Positions 1 to 18,684 of a DNA stretch of 64,000 bases are shown one piece after another (the stretch's first letter is position 1; the number at the start of each line of letters is the position of its first letter). The notes beneath the pieces are model-generated. The model did no database searches. It saw only the letters and a program-made list of their open reading frames with translations, and was not told the DNA's origin. The translations under genes were made by a program, and so were the position numbers. Source of the DNA: Antedon mediterranea (taxonomy: Eukaryota > Animalia > Echinodermata); NCBI RefSeq assembly GCF_964355755.1, contig NC_092677.1, positions 9,322,101 to 9,386,100 on the forward strand, given 5' to 3'.

Positions 1-1424
1 CGACGTTCCATTGACCGTGAGAGTAGGCCTACGTCAGAGGGCTATTATGCACTTTTATGCATTCATTATTGCCAGAGATCTAACTACTAAACAATAGCTA
101 GTACGGACTTGTTTGGCGGTATCCCTTTGTACGAATCGTTCACCGTTGGGTCGAGACGCGTGATATCATGTTCCATCTAGGGACCAAAATGTGTAATGTA
201 GTTATTTTCCAGGCGAAGTTTACCGACGGTTACCGAAGGGAACACGGGTACTTTTTGTCGGGGAATATAATATTATACAGTACAGTAAAAAGCGTTCGCG
301 TTCACTTCGTAGCTTCAGCGCCTAGAAAACCTCGACGTTTCATTGACCGTGTGAGTTCGTCAGAGTGATATTATGCACTTTATATGCATTCATTATTGCC
401 AGCGATCTAACTTACTACTAAACAATAGCTAGGTACGCACTTGTCTGCCGGTATCCCTTTGTACGAATCGTTCAACGTTGGGTCGAGACGCGTGATATCA
501 TGTTCCACCCAGGGACCAAAATGTGTACTGTAGTTATTTTCCAGGCGAAGTTTACCGACGGTTACGTCGTGTACTGTGTCGACGTACGCTACACTACAGC
601 AAAAACGAATTATGTTAATTGTTCGTATGTTCACCAATGTTTTAATTTACAAGTAACCTTCTGTACCGTGGGGCACCTAAAATAAATATTTCATCCATTA
701 CTAAACAAAAAAACATGCCATTTTCGCTTAGCCAACATAATATTATAGCTAAGTTATTAAATTTTCAATGTCCTGTATGTCATGAATTTCTCACCACTCG
801 GAAGTCCAGATGGTACGCACGCATACACTTGGGAGGAATAAAGTTATTTCCCCGACTGAAAAAGGTCTACGCTTGCGTTTGTTAAGCCTCTGGGCCTGAT
901 GTTTCCAAAGTATAAAATGCAATTTTTTGAAGACCTGCAGCTCTAGTTTTAAACATTTTCTTAGCTCAGCCCCAACAATAAAGCTGGTCATATTTCGAAG
1001 TACAAGAAGTGCATTTTCCGGGACCTAACATCTCTATTTCATATTTCATTTCTTAGCTCAGTCACAACCATGATAGGGATTTATATATTTTGTTTCATGT
1101 TTTGAAGTATAATAAAGTCCAATTTCCGGGACCTCCAACTCTATTTTAATTATTAAAAATATGGATTGAAACAGTCATCGCGCATCGTTTTTTTGCACGC
1201 AGTATTTTATTTATGCATTATAAAAAATGGAAAAAATTGCCACCCTAAATCTGATTAAAATGACCTCAAATAACACTAGAACGGGTTGCTTCCGGGGCTT
1301 CGCCCCCCTGGACCCCCACCGGGGGCCATTGGCGGCCTCCTGGTCCCCAGCCTAGTGATGCTCGCATATCCCCCTCGTCGGGGAATGTAGCCCCCGCGTC
1401 GGGAAGATCCTGGCACCACCGCTG
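1..1424. mobile_element. Non-autonomous DNA-transposon-like dispersed repeat (left end outside the window) with an internal ~330-bp tandem duplication
   Basis: 1-233 is repeated at 333-565. GC-rich subterminal block GCTTCCGGGGCTTCGCCCCCCTGGACCCCC and terminus ...TCCTGGCACCACCGCTG. Internal segments resemble the element at 34377-34884. Confidence 0.55.
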
Positions 1425-1635
1425 GTTTTGGAGTGTTTTACCATGGAGATCGCTGATATAATTTTACAATTTCCCTTGTAGACGACACATGTACACGCAT
1501 ATTGCGTTATATTCATTTAACGGCGTCACACAGCAGAACCATTGAAGCGTGAATTCAACGTGGATTTTGTGAAAAGAGTGTGTGAATTTGTTTTATTGAT
1601 AAGATAGAATAGTCATATAAATCACATAAACAACA

Positions 1636-2943
1636 ATGGAAGTCAGACTTAACAAAATAAAATCTGCAATTATGGCGTATCAAGACTATCCTAAACCAGG
1701 CATCTTATTTCGGTAATAAATATGTTATTTTTTTTGTTTATATACTACTGTAATATAATAATTTTATTAGCCACAACAATTACACCGCAGGAGTGTAAAA
1801 GTAGTAAGTAACGTAGTAGTAGTGGTAGGAAAAAAAAGAGTTAATAACAGTTAGGCTTGTTAATAATACTTTGATCCTATGACAATGAACAAAGCCGGAG
1901 ATTAAGCCTCTTGCTTAAATCGGACATTCTTCATATACCTATTCGAAAAAGAATTTTTGTATTGTATTGACGAATTATTGGTAATTTATATACGTCGATT
2001 CATAAATATACGATTTTATATTTTCCAGTGATATATTTCCAGTTCTAAGGAATGCAGAATTATTCGAAGATCTGATAGAGTTACTTGTGGAAAAAATAAA
2101 AACACAAGTTCCAGATGTAGAATTAATTGTTGGTAAATATAATATGTTATTTGTTGTACTTTGACAGAAATGTAGTACATGAAGGTTTTACAACTTTATC
2201 CAAAACAAACAAAACTGCCAATCAATCATTCCTTACTTATTGAGAATGTAACATATACATTTAAATATTATTATTACTAACTACTGTATAAAAAATTTAA
2301 ATTTTTTTTTTTTTTCTTATATTTCCACCAGGCCTTGATGCTAGAGGATTTTTGTTTGGAACGCTGATTGCACAGAAACTAAAGATTGGATTTGTACCAA
2401 TTCGCAAGAAGGGCAAGCTACCAGGAGAGTGCTGTCAGGTTTCGTACAGTTTGGAGTATGGAACGGTGAGTAGTTACTTTAAAATTGGTAAAGATTGCAC
2501 ATTGTTGGAAAAAAATTAAATAACAAATAAAAGTTACAGTTATATATGTCAACTACTTGCATTTTTTAGGATGTTCTAGAAGCTCAGAAAGATTCCATTA
2601 AAGCAGGTCAGAAAGTTGTGATTATTGATGACCTATTGGCAACCGGAGGTAAAGTGATATTTGGGGATATTTTTTTAAATTTTTATTTACATTGACTTCC
2701 TTCCCTATCACCAAATGTTAGTCAGTTTCTTGCAGCACTTTTTGTATAAGTATAAGTACTATATTGCAAAGACAAGAACTAGTAGATAATTTCATTTTTC
2801 TTTCAGGGACCATGTCTGCTGCCAGTCAGTTAGTTGATAAACTTGAAGGGAATGTGTGCTTATGTATGGTGGTGATGGAGTTGGTTGATCTGAAGGGCTC
2901 TGCAAAACTAAAACACCCATTCTTTTCACTTATACAATATTAG
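1636..2943 (+). CDS. APRT: Adenine phosphoribosyltransferase, 5 exons, 176 aa
   Basis: Exons 1636-1712, 2029-2132, 2332-2465, 2570-2648, 2807-2943, all GT-AG, total 531 nt. Motifs [34 protein letters not shown] and the PRPP-binding [13 protein letters not shown]. Confidence 0.97.
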
Positions 2944-3069
2944 CTTCTTTTGTTAAAATAATAGTAGTACAATAAATGAGTTTGTACTTAGGGACCGAAT
3001 TTTATTTTATTATAATGTAAAATCTAAGGTTCTTTTCCATCTTTTCTATGCAAAGCAGCAAACAAAGTA

Positions 3070-3198
3070 ACCTCTGTCTACACCGTTATGTGACAAAATA
3101 ATGTGATATACCCATATATGGACATGATGTCATATCACCACCATATTTGGGCACGTCACACTTTTTTGTCAAACTAGTTTGATAGTGTACACAGAGCT
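3070..3198. mobile_element. Harbinger/Tourist-like MITE family A copy
   Basis: Terminal inverted repeats (AG)CTCTGTCTACAC...GTGTA(G/C)ACAGAGCT and an internal palindrome GTGATGTGCCC...GGGCACATCAC; about 12 copies in the window. Confidence 0.8.
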
Positions 3199-4043
3199 GA
3201 ATTGTGAATGCTTACAATAATAGTGAAATAAAATTTAAAATACAAATTAACATTTTATATTTTATTGATTACAAAATTTACAGTTTGACAACTCAACTAA
3301 ATAATAAAGAAATCTGGATAATTTTTCTAACCCATTACAATAGTCATTGTTAAATGTTAAAATTATAGTGACTGAAATAAGGTTGGAAAATATGAAGCCA
3401 TTTTTGACTAGTTTTATGGATTTAAATAATGGTTTCTGGGTAAAGGTAAAATGAATACAGTAAAACTTTCTGAGTTGATCATGAGATACAAATTGAAACT
3501 AATTGATACTTACATTTCCCAATGCTATCTATATTTAAAAATAGCGGTTATATTTGTTCAGCTTATTATAAAACTGCAAATAATATTTTGTTGTTAACTT
3601 TAGTTAGCACTATTTCAGATCACATATTTCACTACTGTAACTTTGTATTAGACAAATCGTATGGTTACCACAAAGAAGCATATGCATTATTATAGTGTGT
3701 TAACTTGAAAATAGAGTATTTATCTATTTTCATTAATTTATTCCAATCTCCCTTTATTTTCATGCAGACAAGTGATTTGGTAGTCGGGTCTTCTATTTCC
3801 TAGTATTCAAGTGTAACAGGTAGCTACCATGATGCAATGTAATTCAAAACTGATGTACCACAATCAATTAGATTGATATATGGCTTTAGAAGAGGTGCAT
3901 ATTTATACAGGCAAAACGGATCTGTATTATGAATCCAGTCCATTGACTCGAAGCATTTAGGGAGCCCATCCCTAATATTATAATTAACCAGTGAACTGGT
4001 GAGTTTTTGCTGGACACCTTGCTACTGTACATTAGCATAAGTA

Positions 4044-6298
4044 TCAATGGTTGCCTCCTCGAAGCGCTAGCACCAAATGCAACACAGATCCTCCCTGTAC
4101 TTTGTAGTCTGAAGCAGTTCTATCATCATTCCTAATAATAATAATATATAGATAAATTTATATAGCGCAAATAAATGATGTCTCTATTCACTCAACAATA
4201 AAGAGAAAGAGTGGAAAACCAAAGGAAAAGAACAAAAACACTAAGCTAGCACCCAAACCGGAGTATGGTGTGATACACCATCACCGCTAACTGGGGAACA
4301 GTGTGTAAGTACCCCAGTTAGCATTGGTTAAGTCTTGATGTTTTCAGGGATTCAGTGCTGCCTAGTCAGAAAACAACAGGCAAGAAAGGTAAACAAAAGC
4401 AAAAAAAAAAAAAAAAATATTACAGCGAGGCGAACAAACAATACAAAACAAAGAAATTGAAGATTAAAGATGTATTGTTTCCCAAAAACATTAAAAACTA
4501 TGATTAATTAAAATGATTTCACTTATAAAATGACAAAATAAATGGCAAAAACCCAATGGCTGGCAGCCAATTCTTTGCATTAAAATTACACTTTTTTTTA
4601 GGAAAATACATTTCTTTTTTATCCAATTTTACCAAAAATTGGATAAGTATGCAACAATATTCAACAAAAAATGTTTTTCAGGGGACAAATACATCTTTAA
4701 ACTTTGGCTGTTAGGATAACCATGAAATATAACAATCCTTTTAAAATTGTATCCAGGATTTTTTAGGGTTGACAAGAGACATTTGTGAGTAGATAACAGC
4801 TGTCAAGTGAGTCCTGATTGGTCGGTTAAAGAAGCTTTCACATTTACTTTACTTTTTTGTAGTAAAGTAATAACAATAACACCGTCTAGTTAGCAGAGTG
4901 ATGGGGTTTTTTAAAGCCTCATTTTCATTATTTTTAGTTCAGATAATTATAAATCTAGCGATTTTTACAGTATCAGAATGCAAGCCCACATCCACTATGT
5001 GGCTATGGTGACCCCCGACCCCAATTCTTCTGTAGTAAAAACACTTACATTTGTTTCCCACTAAAAATAAGTCTTTGTTGTTGCGGTGGAATACCTTCCT
5101 TTTCTTCTACTCTTTCTTTTATTCTGTCAACCTAAGGTCAAAGGATAGTTTTCAATTAACATTTGATATGTTATTAGGTAAGTAAAATAATTAGGGATAC
5201 AGGATGACTATTAACAAGGATAAGAGTAGCATTACATTTGAGAAAAATTACTGGGTGGTAATAACATGTATGTGCTCTGTTCAGAGGTTCCCATTTCCTA
5301 ACATCCAACATACAATGAGGGGTAGTATGTGGTGATTACAATGAAAGCAATGTTGTAATGACTTGTGTAGCATAATTGATTTATACAAATACCGCTTGGT
5401 GTGGAGATATCACTGCAGTAAAGCTCTGTCTACAAACTTTATGTGACAAAAAAAATGTGATGTTCCTATATAAGAATATGATGATGTCATGTCACTACCA
5501 TATTTAATCATATCACACTTTTTTTTGTTAAACTAGTTTGATAGTGTAGACAAAGCACACATTATCACCCTACCTTATCTGTTGGTTCAATATCAATTTC
5601 AATCTGTAAAAAAAAAATTATATAAAATTTAGATTATAAAACAAGTATTAAATTTATTTACTATACTTTTATTGTGTATTTATATTTTTACATGGCTACT
5701 AACTTGTTATGCAAAGTTGTTACTTACCTCCTTACCAGTTAGTGTCTGAAATATAAAACAAAGCAAACCTTAGTTACTATATTAGTATTAAACCTAAATG
5801 CTAAACTATTAATATTATATAATAAATTCTGTATGTAAGGTTTACTGTTTCCATACATCAAAAGGTAATAATTTCTTGTTAATAAGAGTTTAAGACTAGG
5901 CCTAGGCTATTTAAGTAGTTTATAGTAGTATAGACTATAGTATAAATAGTTGTACTAGCTAGTTTAGTAGGTAGTGACAGTATGTTAATTTACTGATTTG
6001 ATGATACATATAGTGATCATAGGAACTATTTTTAATTCAATCAATCAACAAAACGTTACTTTTCTGTAGCAATAATATTGTAGGCCTACATCATACCAGG
6101 AAGTCTGGGCCAGAGAGCCTAGGCCTAACTGTTGGTCTGCAATACAATCACTAAAACAGGACTCTAATCGGGTAAAGTTAACACCGCCGTTGTGGGCCTA
6201 GGCTGTACCTAGCATTAATTGATTTATTATTAAAACACGACAAACATATTGTTATAACGAAGATGTAAAAATTCGATTACCTTTACTTTGATCAACAT
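4044..6298 (-). CDS. NEDD8: NEDD8 ubiquitin-like modifier, 5 coding exons, 78 aa precursor
   Basis: Exons 6298-6281 (MLIKVK), 5745-5728 (TLTGKE), 5603-5574 ([10 protein letters not shown]), 5131-5049 ([28 protein letters not shown]), 4131-4044 ([28 protein letters not shown]). Ends with the diagnostic LALRGG. Confidence 0.97.
5422..5556. mobile_element. MITE family A copy
   Basis: AGCTCTGTCTACA...TGTAGACAAAGC inverted termini, same internal sequence as 3070-3198. Confidence 0.8.
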
Positions 6299-6299
6299 A

Positions 6300-6752
6300 T
6301 TGATTGTTACTGTAAAATAAAACAGTCAATTATAGTAGAATTAGGGAAACAATCCTGACAAAACTACGAATGGCTGGTTTGTGTTTTTGTGTCATCAAGC
6401 GCAGCGGGTGCGGGGAGAGTCTAGTCGCGATCCGAGAGCTAAGCTGCTAGAGCTGAGTCGAGAGAGAGAGAGAGTGATGATGATTATGAAGAAACAATTC
6501 CATTGGCCTAAATAACAGTCGTCAATTTATATTGCCCAATCGTAACAACCGTTTAGTAGAAAAATAGTTCGCGCGCACACACCGTAACCCCAGAGCCTGG
6601 AGCCAGAGTAGAGCAGCAAGCAAGAGAGAGAAGGTGAAGAATACTGTCAAAACATCTTTTTAGTTAGTCGAAACACCGAGAAAAGAGCATAGAAAGACAG
6701 CAAAGGTTTTACGCTTCTTCGGTTCCATCGCTGATACAATTTTAATGCTACA
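6300..6752. promoter_or_regulatory. Bidirectional promoter NEDD8/GMPR
   Basis: Divergent ATGs 455 bp apart. Locally CpG-rich, with a GAGA tract (~6460-6475) and oppositely oriented CCAAT boxes (ATTGG ~6502, CCAAT ~6536). Confidence 0.75.
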
Positions 6753-13455
<6,703 letters not shown>

Positions 13456-14688
13456 TATTTCAAAAATGTGTATTAAACTTGCAGTAGTTAGCCAACCTTG
13501 GAATTTAATGTGTAAAATGCTGATAAATATTACATATTACAATATTGAATATATTGTATAAAAATGTATTGTGGTGCAGTTGCAGTATATCTATTCTTAT
13601 TGATGGAAATAGGTTACTGCAGTAATTGCAGTATAAGTTACTGTAACGTGTGGGTGCAGCAGCGCTGGTGCAGTTCGTGGTATTTGTTTTGTAGAAATTA
13701 TGTATTATGGTTATTTTTGAAAGGCTGTAAAATGTTATTGGTGCTGGTGGTAGATACACTTTTGTTTTTAAATCATTCATAGAGAAATTTATTTTTGTAC
13801 CATGAATGCATGCATAAAAAAAAATAATGAAATATACTTTTACCTTGCACAAGATTACCGTGCTAAAAACAGCTGAATACTGTATGACATTTTTTGATAT
13901 AATTTCTTATTGTTAGGTGCATTTTTATTCTGTATTGTCAATCTTTGTAGTATAATTGTAGAACTTCCAACACAATCGCAGTTTCAATTGATGGGAGGGG
14001 AACCACCTAAATATGGCTGCATCAAATCAAACAATAAGATATGCCAGTTAGAAGTAGCTGCTACATTGCCCGCATGTTGTCAACGTGGGTGTTGTATTCT
14101 ATTATCATTGTATGATGATTTTTTTCCCATTATCAACATTTTATAACTGTATTCTGTAGAGGATCCAGGACTTTGAAATGGATTGGAATGGATCTGCCTA
14201 TATGCGATTTTCACAGTTAAGTACTTATTTTTACATACTCGCTAGCTCTCGAGTTGTGTAATAAACTCGATGGAGATGTGTGCGACAAAAATGATTTTTC
14301 CCCTGGAAACTTTATCAATTCAAAGGTTTAATTTTGAACAATAAAATTACCTTGATTCATTGCAAACTAAAGCATTAAATTGATTGAGTAAAAATATAAA
14401 GTGTTCCAGGTATGGTTGTTTAGTTAGTTATTATATGAATACCTGATTCATTATACAGCTACACACTTAATGCATTTATAAAGGTTTAACCATCAGAAAA
14501 CCAGACATAGACATACATAATTTCAGTATTGTAATCAAGATTCATTTATTTAAAAATCACAACATACTGTATTGGGAAATCTGTCAATATGGAAGAAGCC
14601 AGGTTTATGACCAAACAGCACTACAGTACACCAGATGGATGTATGTAGACTGAAAACAATATGCATTGCTGCAATTACGGCATTTTAA

Positions 14689-14829
14689 AGCTCTGTTTAC
14701 ACTATCAAACTAGTTTGACAAAAAAAAAAGTGTGATGTGCCCAAATATGGTAGTGATACGACATCATTGTGTCCATATATGGGCACATTCTTTTTGTCCT
14801 ATAAAAACTTGATAGTTTAGGACAGGGCT
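14689..14829. mobile_element. MITE family A copy
   Basis: AGCTCTGTTTACACTATCAAACT...GATAGTTTAGGACAGGGCT. Confidence 0.8.
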
Positions 14830-15241
14830 TTCAACAACCATGACAAATGATGATTGCATTGGTTCATTGAACTATCTCATCTTCACCTGGTACACGTTTG
14901 CTGATCCAAACACCGCTATTGGCCACCGGAAAAGAAACATTTTAAAATATCTGTCCCCATCTTGATCAACCTTTGTCTTCTATGTGTTATCTATATTTTT
15001 GTAACCACACCTCAATCACTTCTTAATGGAAACCCTCATTAAGTTATATCCAATTAGGTTCACACCAACCTGTGTAATATGTATAACTTATAAATCAATA
15101 AACATAAAGGGTGCTAGTTGAATTTTTGATTGGGACTACAAAACTAATTTTTCTATATATTGCTTAATCCTGAATTATGGATCTGCTTCTTGGGTTAAGT
15201 AAAACTCGCCAACATACAGACATAAACAATTCTGTGTAAAT

Positions 15242-17009
15242 TTAACCCTCGCACTTTTTTTTCTTTATGGTGTTTGCTTTCAATTTACTTGAAGGAATTT
15301 CAAAATCTGAATCTGAACTAGAGTCTGAATCGGAGCTGTTTGAGTAAACGCCAAGTCCTGGTAAAACAGCGACATATTTTGCTACCGTTTCGCTACCATT
15401 GCTTGATATTGTGCTGGAGATTTCTGAAGAATTTGTTGTTTTACTATTTTTATTTGGAGATGATTCACTTTTATCTTCAGTATCACTCCTAGAAAATCAA
15501 ATCGTAAATTTAGTAAAAAATCATACTTTTAACTTTAATGTATATGATCCTTGTATAAGTATACTGTACTTGATTTTGTGTTAATGGGCGTTAAGTAGAC
15601 AAATGTTTCCTGGTACCTTTTCCGCTTGACTGCACCGGCTAATAATGATTGTTGAGATTTTCTGGAGGAAGATGATGATGATGCAGCAGCTTTGACAACT
15701 GGTGGTCTTTCAGTTTTTTGTTTTACATCGTCAATCAATTCAATTTCTGCTCTTGCTTTGTATGGGACAGTTAAGAATATAAGTTTTTTAGTAAATTATC
15801 GGGATACTATTGAAAAAATAGTGTCCCATTGTTGTTATTCAAGGCATAATTTAACTACATACTTATATTTATTAATTTAAATATACTAGCTTATATATAT
15901 AGTAGTACAGCCCTCTCCAGGACACACCTATTCAGGGGACACTCTCTCCTTAATAGAGGTTGTACTGTGTTAATATCAATGATCTATTAAAGGATATTCT
16001 GTATTCTTTAATTTCATTAATTTCTTCCTGCCATCGTTTATTCTCCATCTCAATTTGTCGATTTGATACTTCATCTAAAAACTCTGCCTCTTCATCCTCA
16101 AGACCCCTCACCATATTCTCTGGGAGAAAAAGTAAAATTGATGCTCACACTTAAATATATAATATTTAGGAATAAGATTAAGTTTAGAAGGGTGCAGACC
16201 ATCATCCATGAGGATAAGCTCACTCATCCTGAATTGTAAGGCATTATGTAAGCTCTGTTTACACTATCAAACTTTATGTGACATGTGATGTGCCCATATA
16301 TGGGCATGGTGTTGTCATACTGCTACCATATTTGGGCACATCTAGTTTCATAGTGTAGGCATATCTATTTTATTTTTGAAGTGGAGTTGTGGCTTGGTGG
16401 TTATGATGCTTGGCTACCACTCCTGGGTTCAAGTACCGTCACATGTCGGGATTTTTTCAAAGGACAAAATTACAACTCCACTCACAAGGTAATTGTAATA
16501 AGACTTTGTGTATATGTTTGTCTTGTGAACCTCTGAGGTTCCCTAATGATGGATCACCCTCAATAAATATGGTAAAAAAACAAATAGAGACCATGGCAAG
16601 TCAGTGTGGTGGTTATCAGTAACCACGCATTGTTTTCAAGCTCAATCGTGCAGATTGTTAGTTATTGAATAGTCAAACTATTTGAATCTTATTACTAAAT
16701 TGATGTGCTTCATCAAATTCTGCCTGTTTCTTGTCTTTTTGCTCCTGTAGCCTGTCAAACAGTGATCTTGGATCATATGCTTCTTCAGGGGCCTCTGTTT
16801 AAAAAATAATTGAGTACATTTATTTAGAAAGATTGGTAAATGAGAGAATAGGATGGATTGATTGGTATGATAAATATTTTATTATCTTTACCTAATGGTT
16901 GATCCTCAGTCCTAACTTTGTCCCATTCTTCTTGTCTTTTCTTTCTTTTTTCATCCAATTCACCTTCTGATATGAATGATTTAAATGATATTCCACTGCT
17001 GTCTGCCAT
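15242..17009 (-). CDS. PSME3IP1: PSME3-interacting protein (FAM192A/NIP30), 5 coding exons
   Basis: [33 protein letters not shown] / [27 protein letters not shown] / [15 protein letters not shown]...KEYR / KARAEIE...[13 protein letters not shown] / ...[21 protein letters not shown]...CEG*. One intron is AT-AC (15760-15997). Confidence 0.93.
15760..15997 (-). other. U12-type (minor spliceosome) AT-AC intron
   Basis: Minus strand: AGA|ATATCCTTT ... TTCTTAAC TGTCCCATAC|AAAGCA; removal gives the in-frame join KEYR-KARAE. Confidence 0.9.
16251..16360. mobile_element. MITE family A, internally deleted copy
   Basis: AGCTCTGTTTACACTATCAAACT...ATAGTGTAGGC. Confidence 0.75.
16378..16582 (+). mobile_element. 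tRNA-derived SINE
   Basis: A-box-like TGGCTTGGTGG, B-box-like GGTTCAAGTACC, A-rich 3' tail after AATAAA. Confidence 0.55.
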
Positions 17010-17943
17010 GTTTGTTTTTTTCTAGAAGCAGCCTGTAAATAAAAATGAATACATACAGGAAATTAGAAGTGCTGTGAAAAAAATAATCAGCTTAGCTTAA
17101 TATTATTGATAGTAGGACATGGAAAATGAATAGGCCTACAGCAGAAACTGGCTGGTTTATTACCAACACAGCAGGGGACGAAACGTCTCTAGTTAAGATT
17201 ACACAATGCCTAAGCCTGGCTCACTCTCTCTGACTCTCAGCCTAGAATCGATTGTCAGTGCCTACTGAGTGAGCCTAGCTTAAAAATAAGGATTATTTTT
17301 AGGAAAAACCCCCAGCCTCAATTATTTAAAAGCAACATATAGTTAGCGAGCCAATATATATATCTATAAAATTGTCTATTATTATCAATCTTTAAAAAAA
17401 AAAGCCTTTTATTTTACACAGTTTTCAACCATGCGAGTTTACGTTTACAAACGTCACACGTCGAGCGAGCTATGAAAAATAATATGATATAGCCCGCCCT
17501 CTTTAAATAAACTTCCTTAAATAAAAATCCTCTCTAGACTTTATGTTCTCAGTGTATGCTTAATGTAGGCCTATCCCCCCCCCCCCCCCGTGTACCCCAA
17601 CTAGACAATACATAACGCTTAGTAGATTGACAAATGACAAACATGCAGACTGGATGACCAACCGATAGACTGACTACACAACTTAATAACAGCTGACCGA
17701 TAACTGTATCATCTTCGTGACTGTTTGAAACGGTCCACCTCACATCAACCACAATGTGGTATTCATCGCCATTATCCATCATTGTCATAAATATAATCCT
17801 ATTCAAATGTTTCTATTTTATTCTTATAAATATTTGTTTCGCTTGAGCAATATTTTTTTTAAAATTCCTGATCATATTGCATACACACTACATTCTATAT
17901 GTGTATAGTATTGATAATTCCTCCGACGAAGTAAGCAGCAGCT

Positions 17944-18684
17944 ATGTCTAGATATATAATTAGAACGTCCCCGGGTGGATGGAGTCAACCAGGTCGACCA
18001 GCGACAAAGAATGTCCAAATGGCAATTGATATGGTAAGTAAATACAGACTAAATTAACTTTATATTTATCTGAACAATCGGATATTATTATAATTTCCTC
18101 ATCAACGTACTTCACAACGTACGCGTCTACGTCACACGGATTTGGAGTATTAAGCCACAGTTTTTATAGTCTATTATTAGGATATAAGTTCTTTATTTTT
18201 ATTCTATATTGATGAATCAACATTTACCTTTTACTTCTATACAGTTGAAAGGGGACTTTCAGAAAACATCAAAACAGTTTAAATTGGCTAAATTTGAAGC
18301 CAGACGGTACTGGGACCAGGAAGAATATATGGGGACTCAAAATTACTGTGTCGAGGTAGGAGGCTCCGATTATGTGTTGTCGAATCATGTAAACTCAAGT
18401 CAGAATGGCAATATATCAATATATATAGTATTCCATTAGGTTTACGGTCTGGAATTGAATATTATTTTAATACATAATTTTGTCATGGTGAAGACATTGT
18501 CAATACAAACGTCATTTTCTGTAATTTATCATCACTCAATTTAAATACAGTAATCTAATTTGTTTAATTGTAGGCCGATATCGGAGAGTGTGAGCCTCAA
18601 CTCGTGTACATTGAGTATCAGCAGAACTATAAAGGGCACGTTGCTTTGATTTCATTCCTTCGGACCTGGCCATGGATGAAGTAG
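17944..18684 (+). CDS. Divergent stefin (type 1 cystatin)-like protein, 3 exons, 103 aa
   Basis: Exons 17944-18033, 18245-18355, 18574-18684, with phase-0 GT-AG introns. Protein MSRYIIRTSPGGWSQPGRPATKNVQMAIDMLKGDFQKTSKQFKLAKFEARRYWDQEEYMGTQNYCVEADIGECEPQLVYIEYQQNYKGHVALISFLRTWPWMK. GGxS..PAT..VQ...D and FEA..Y..Q....GT.NY...D.G align by eye with stefins. Confidence 0.75.
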
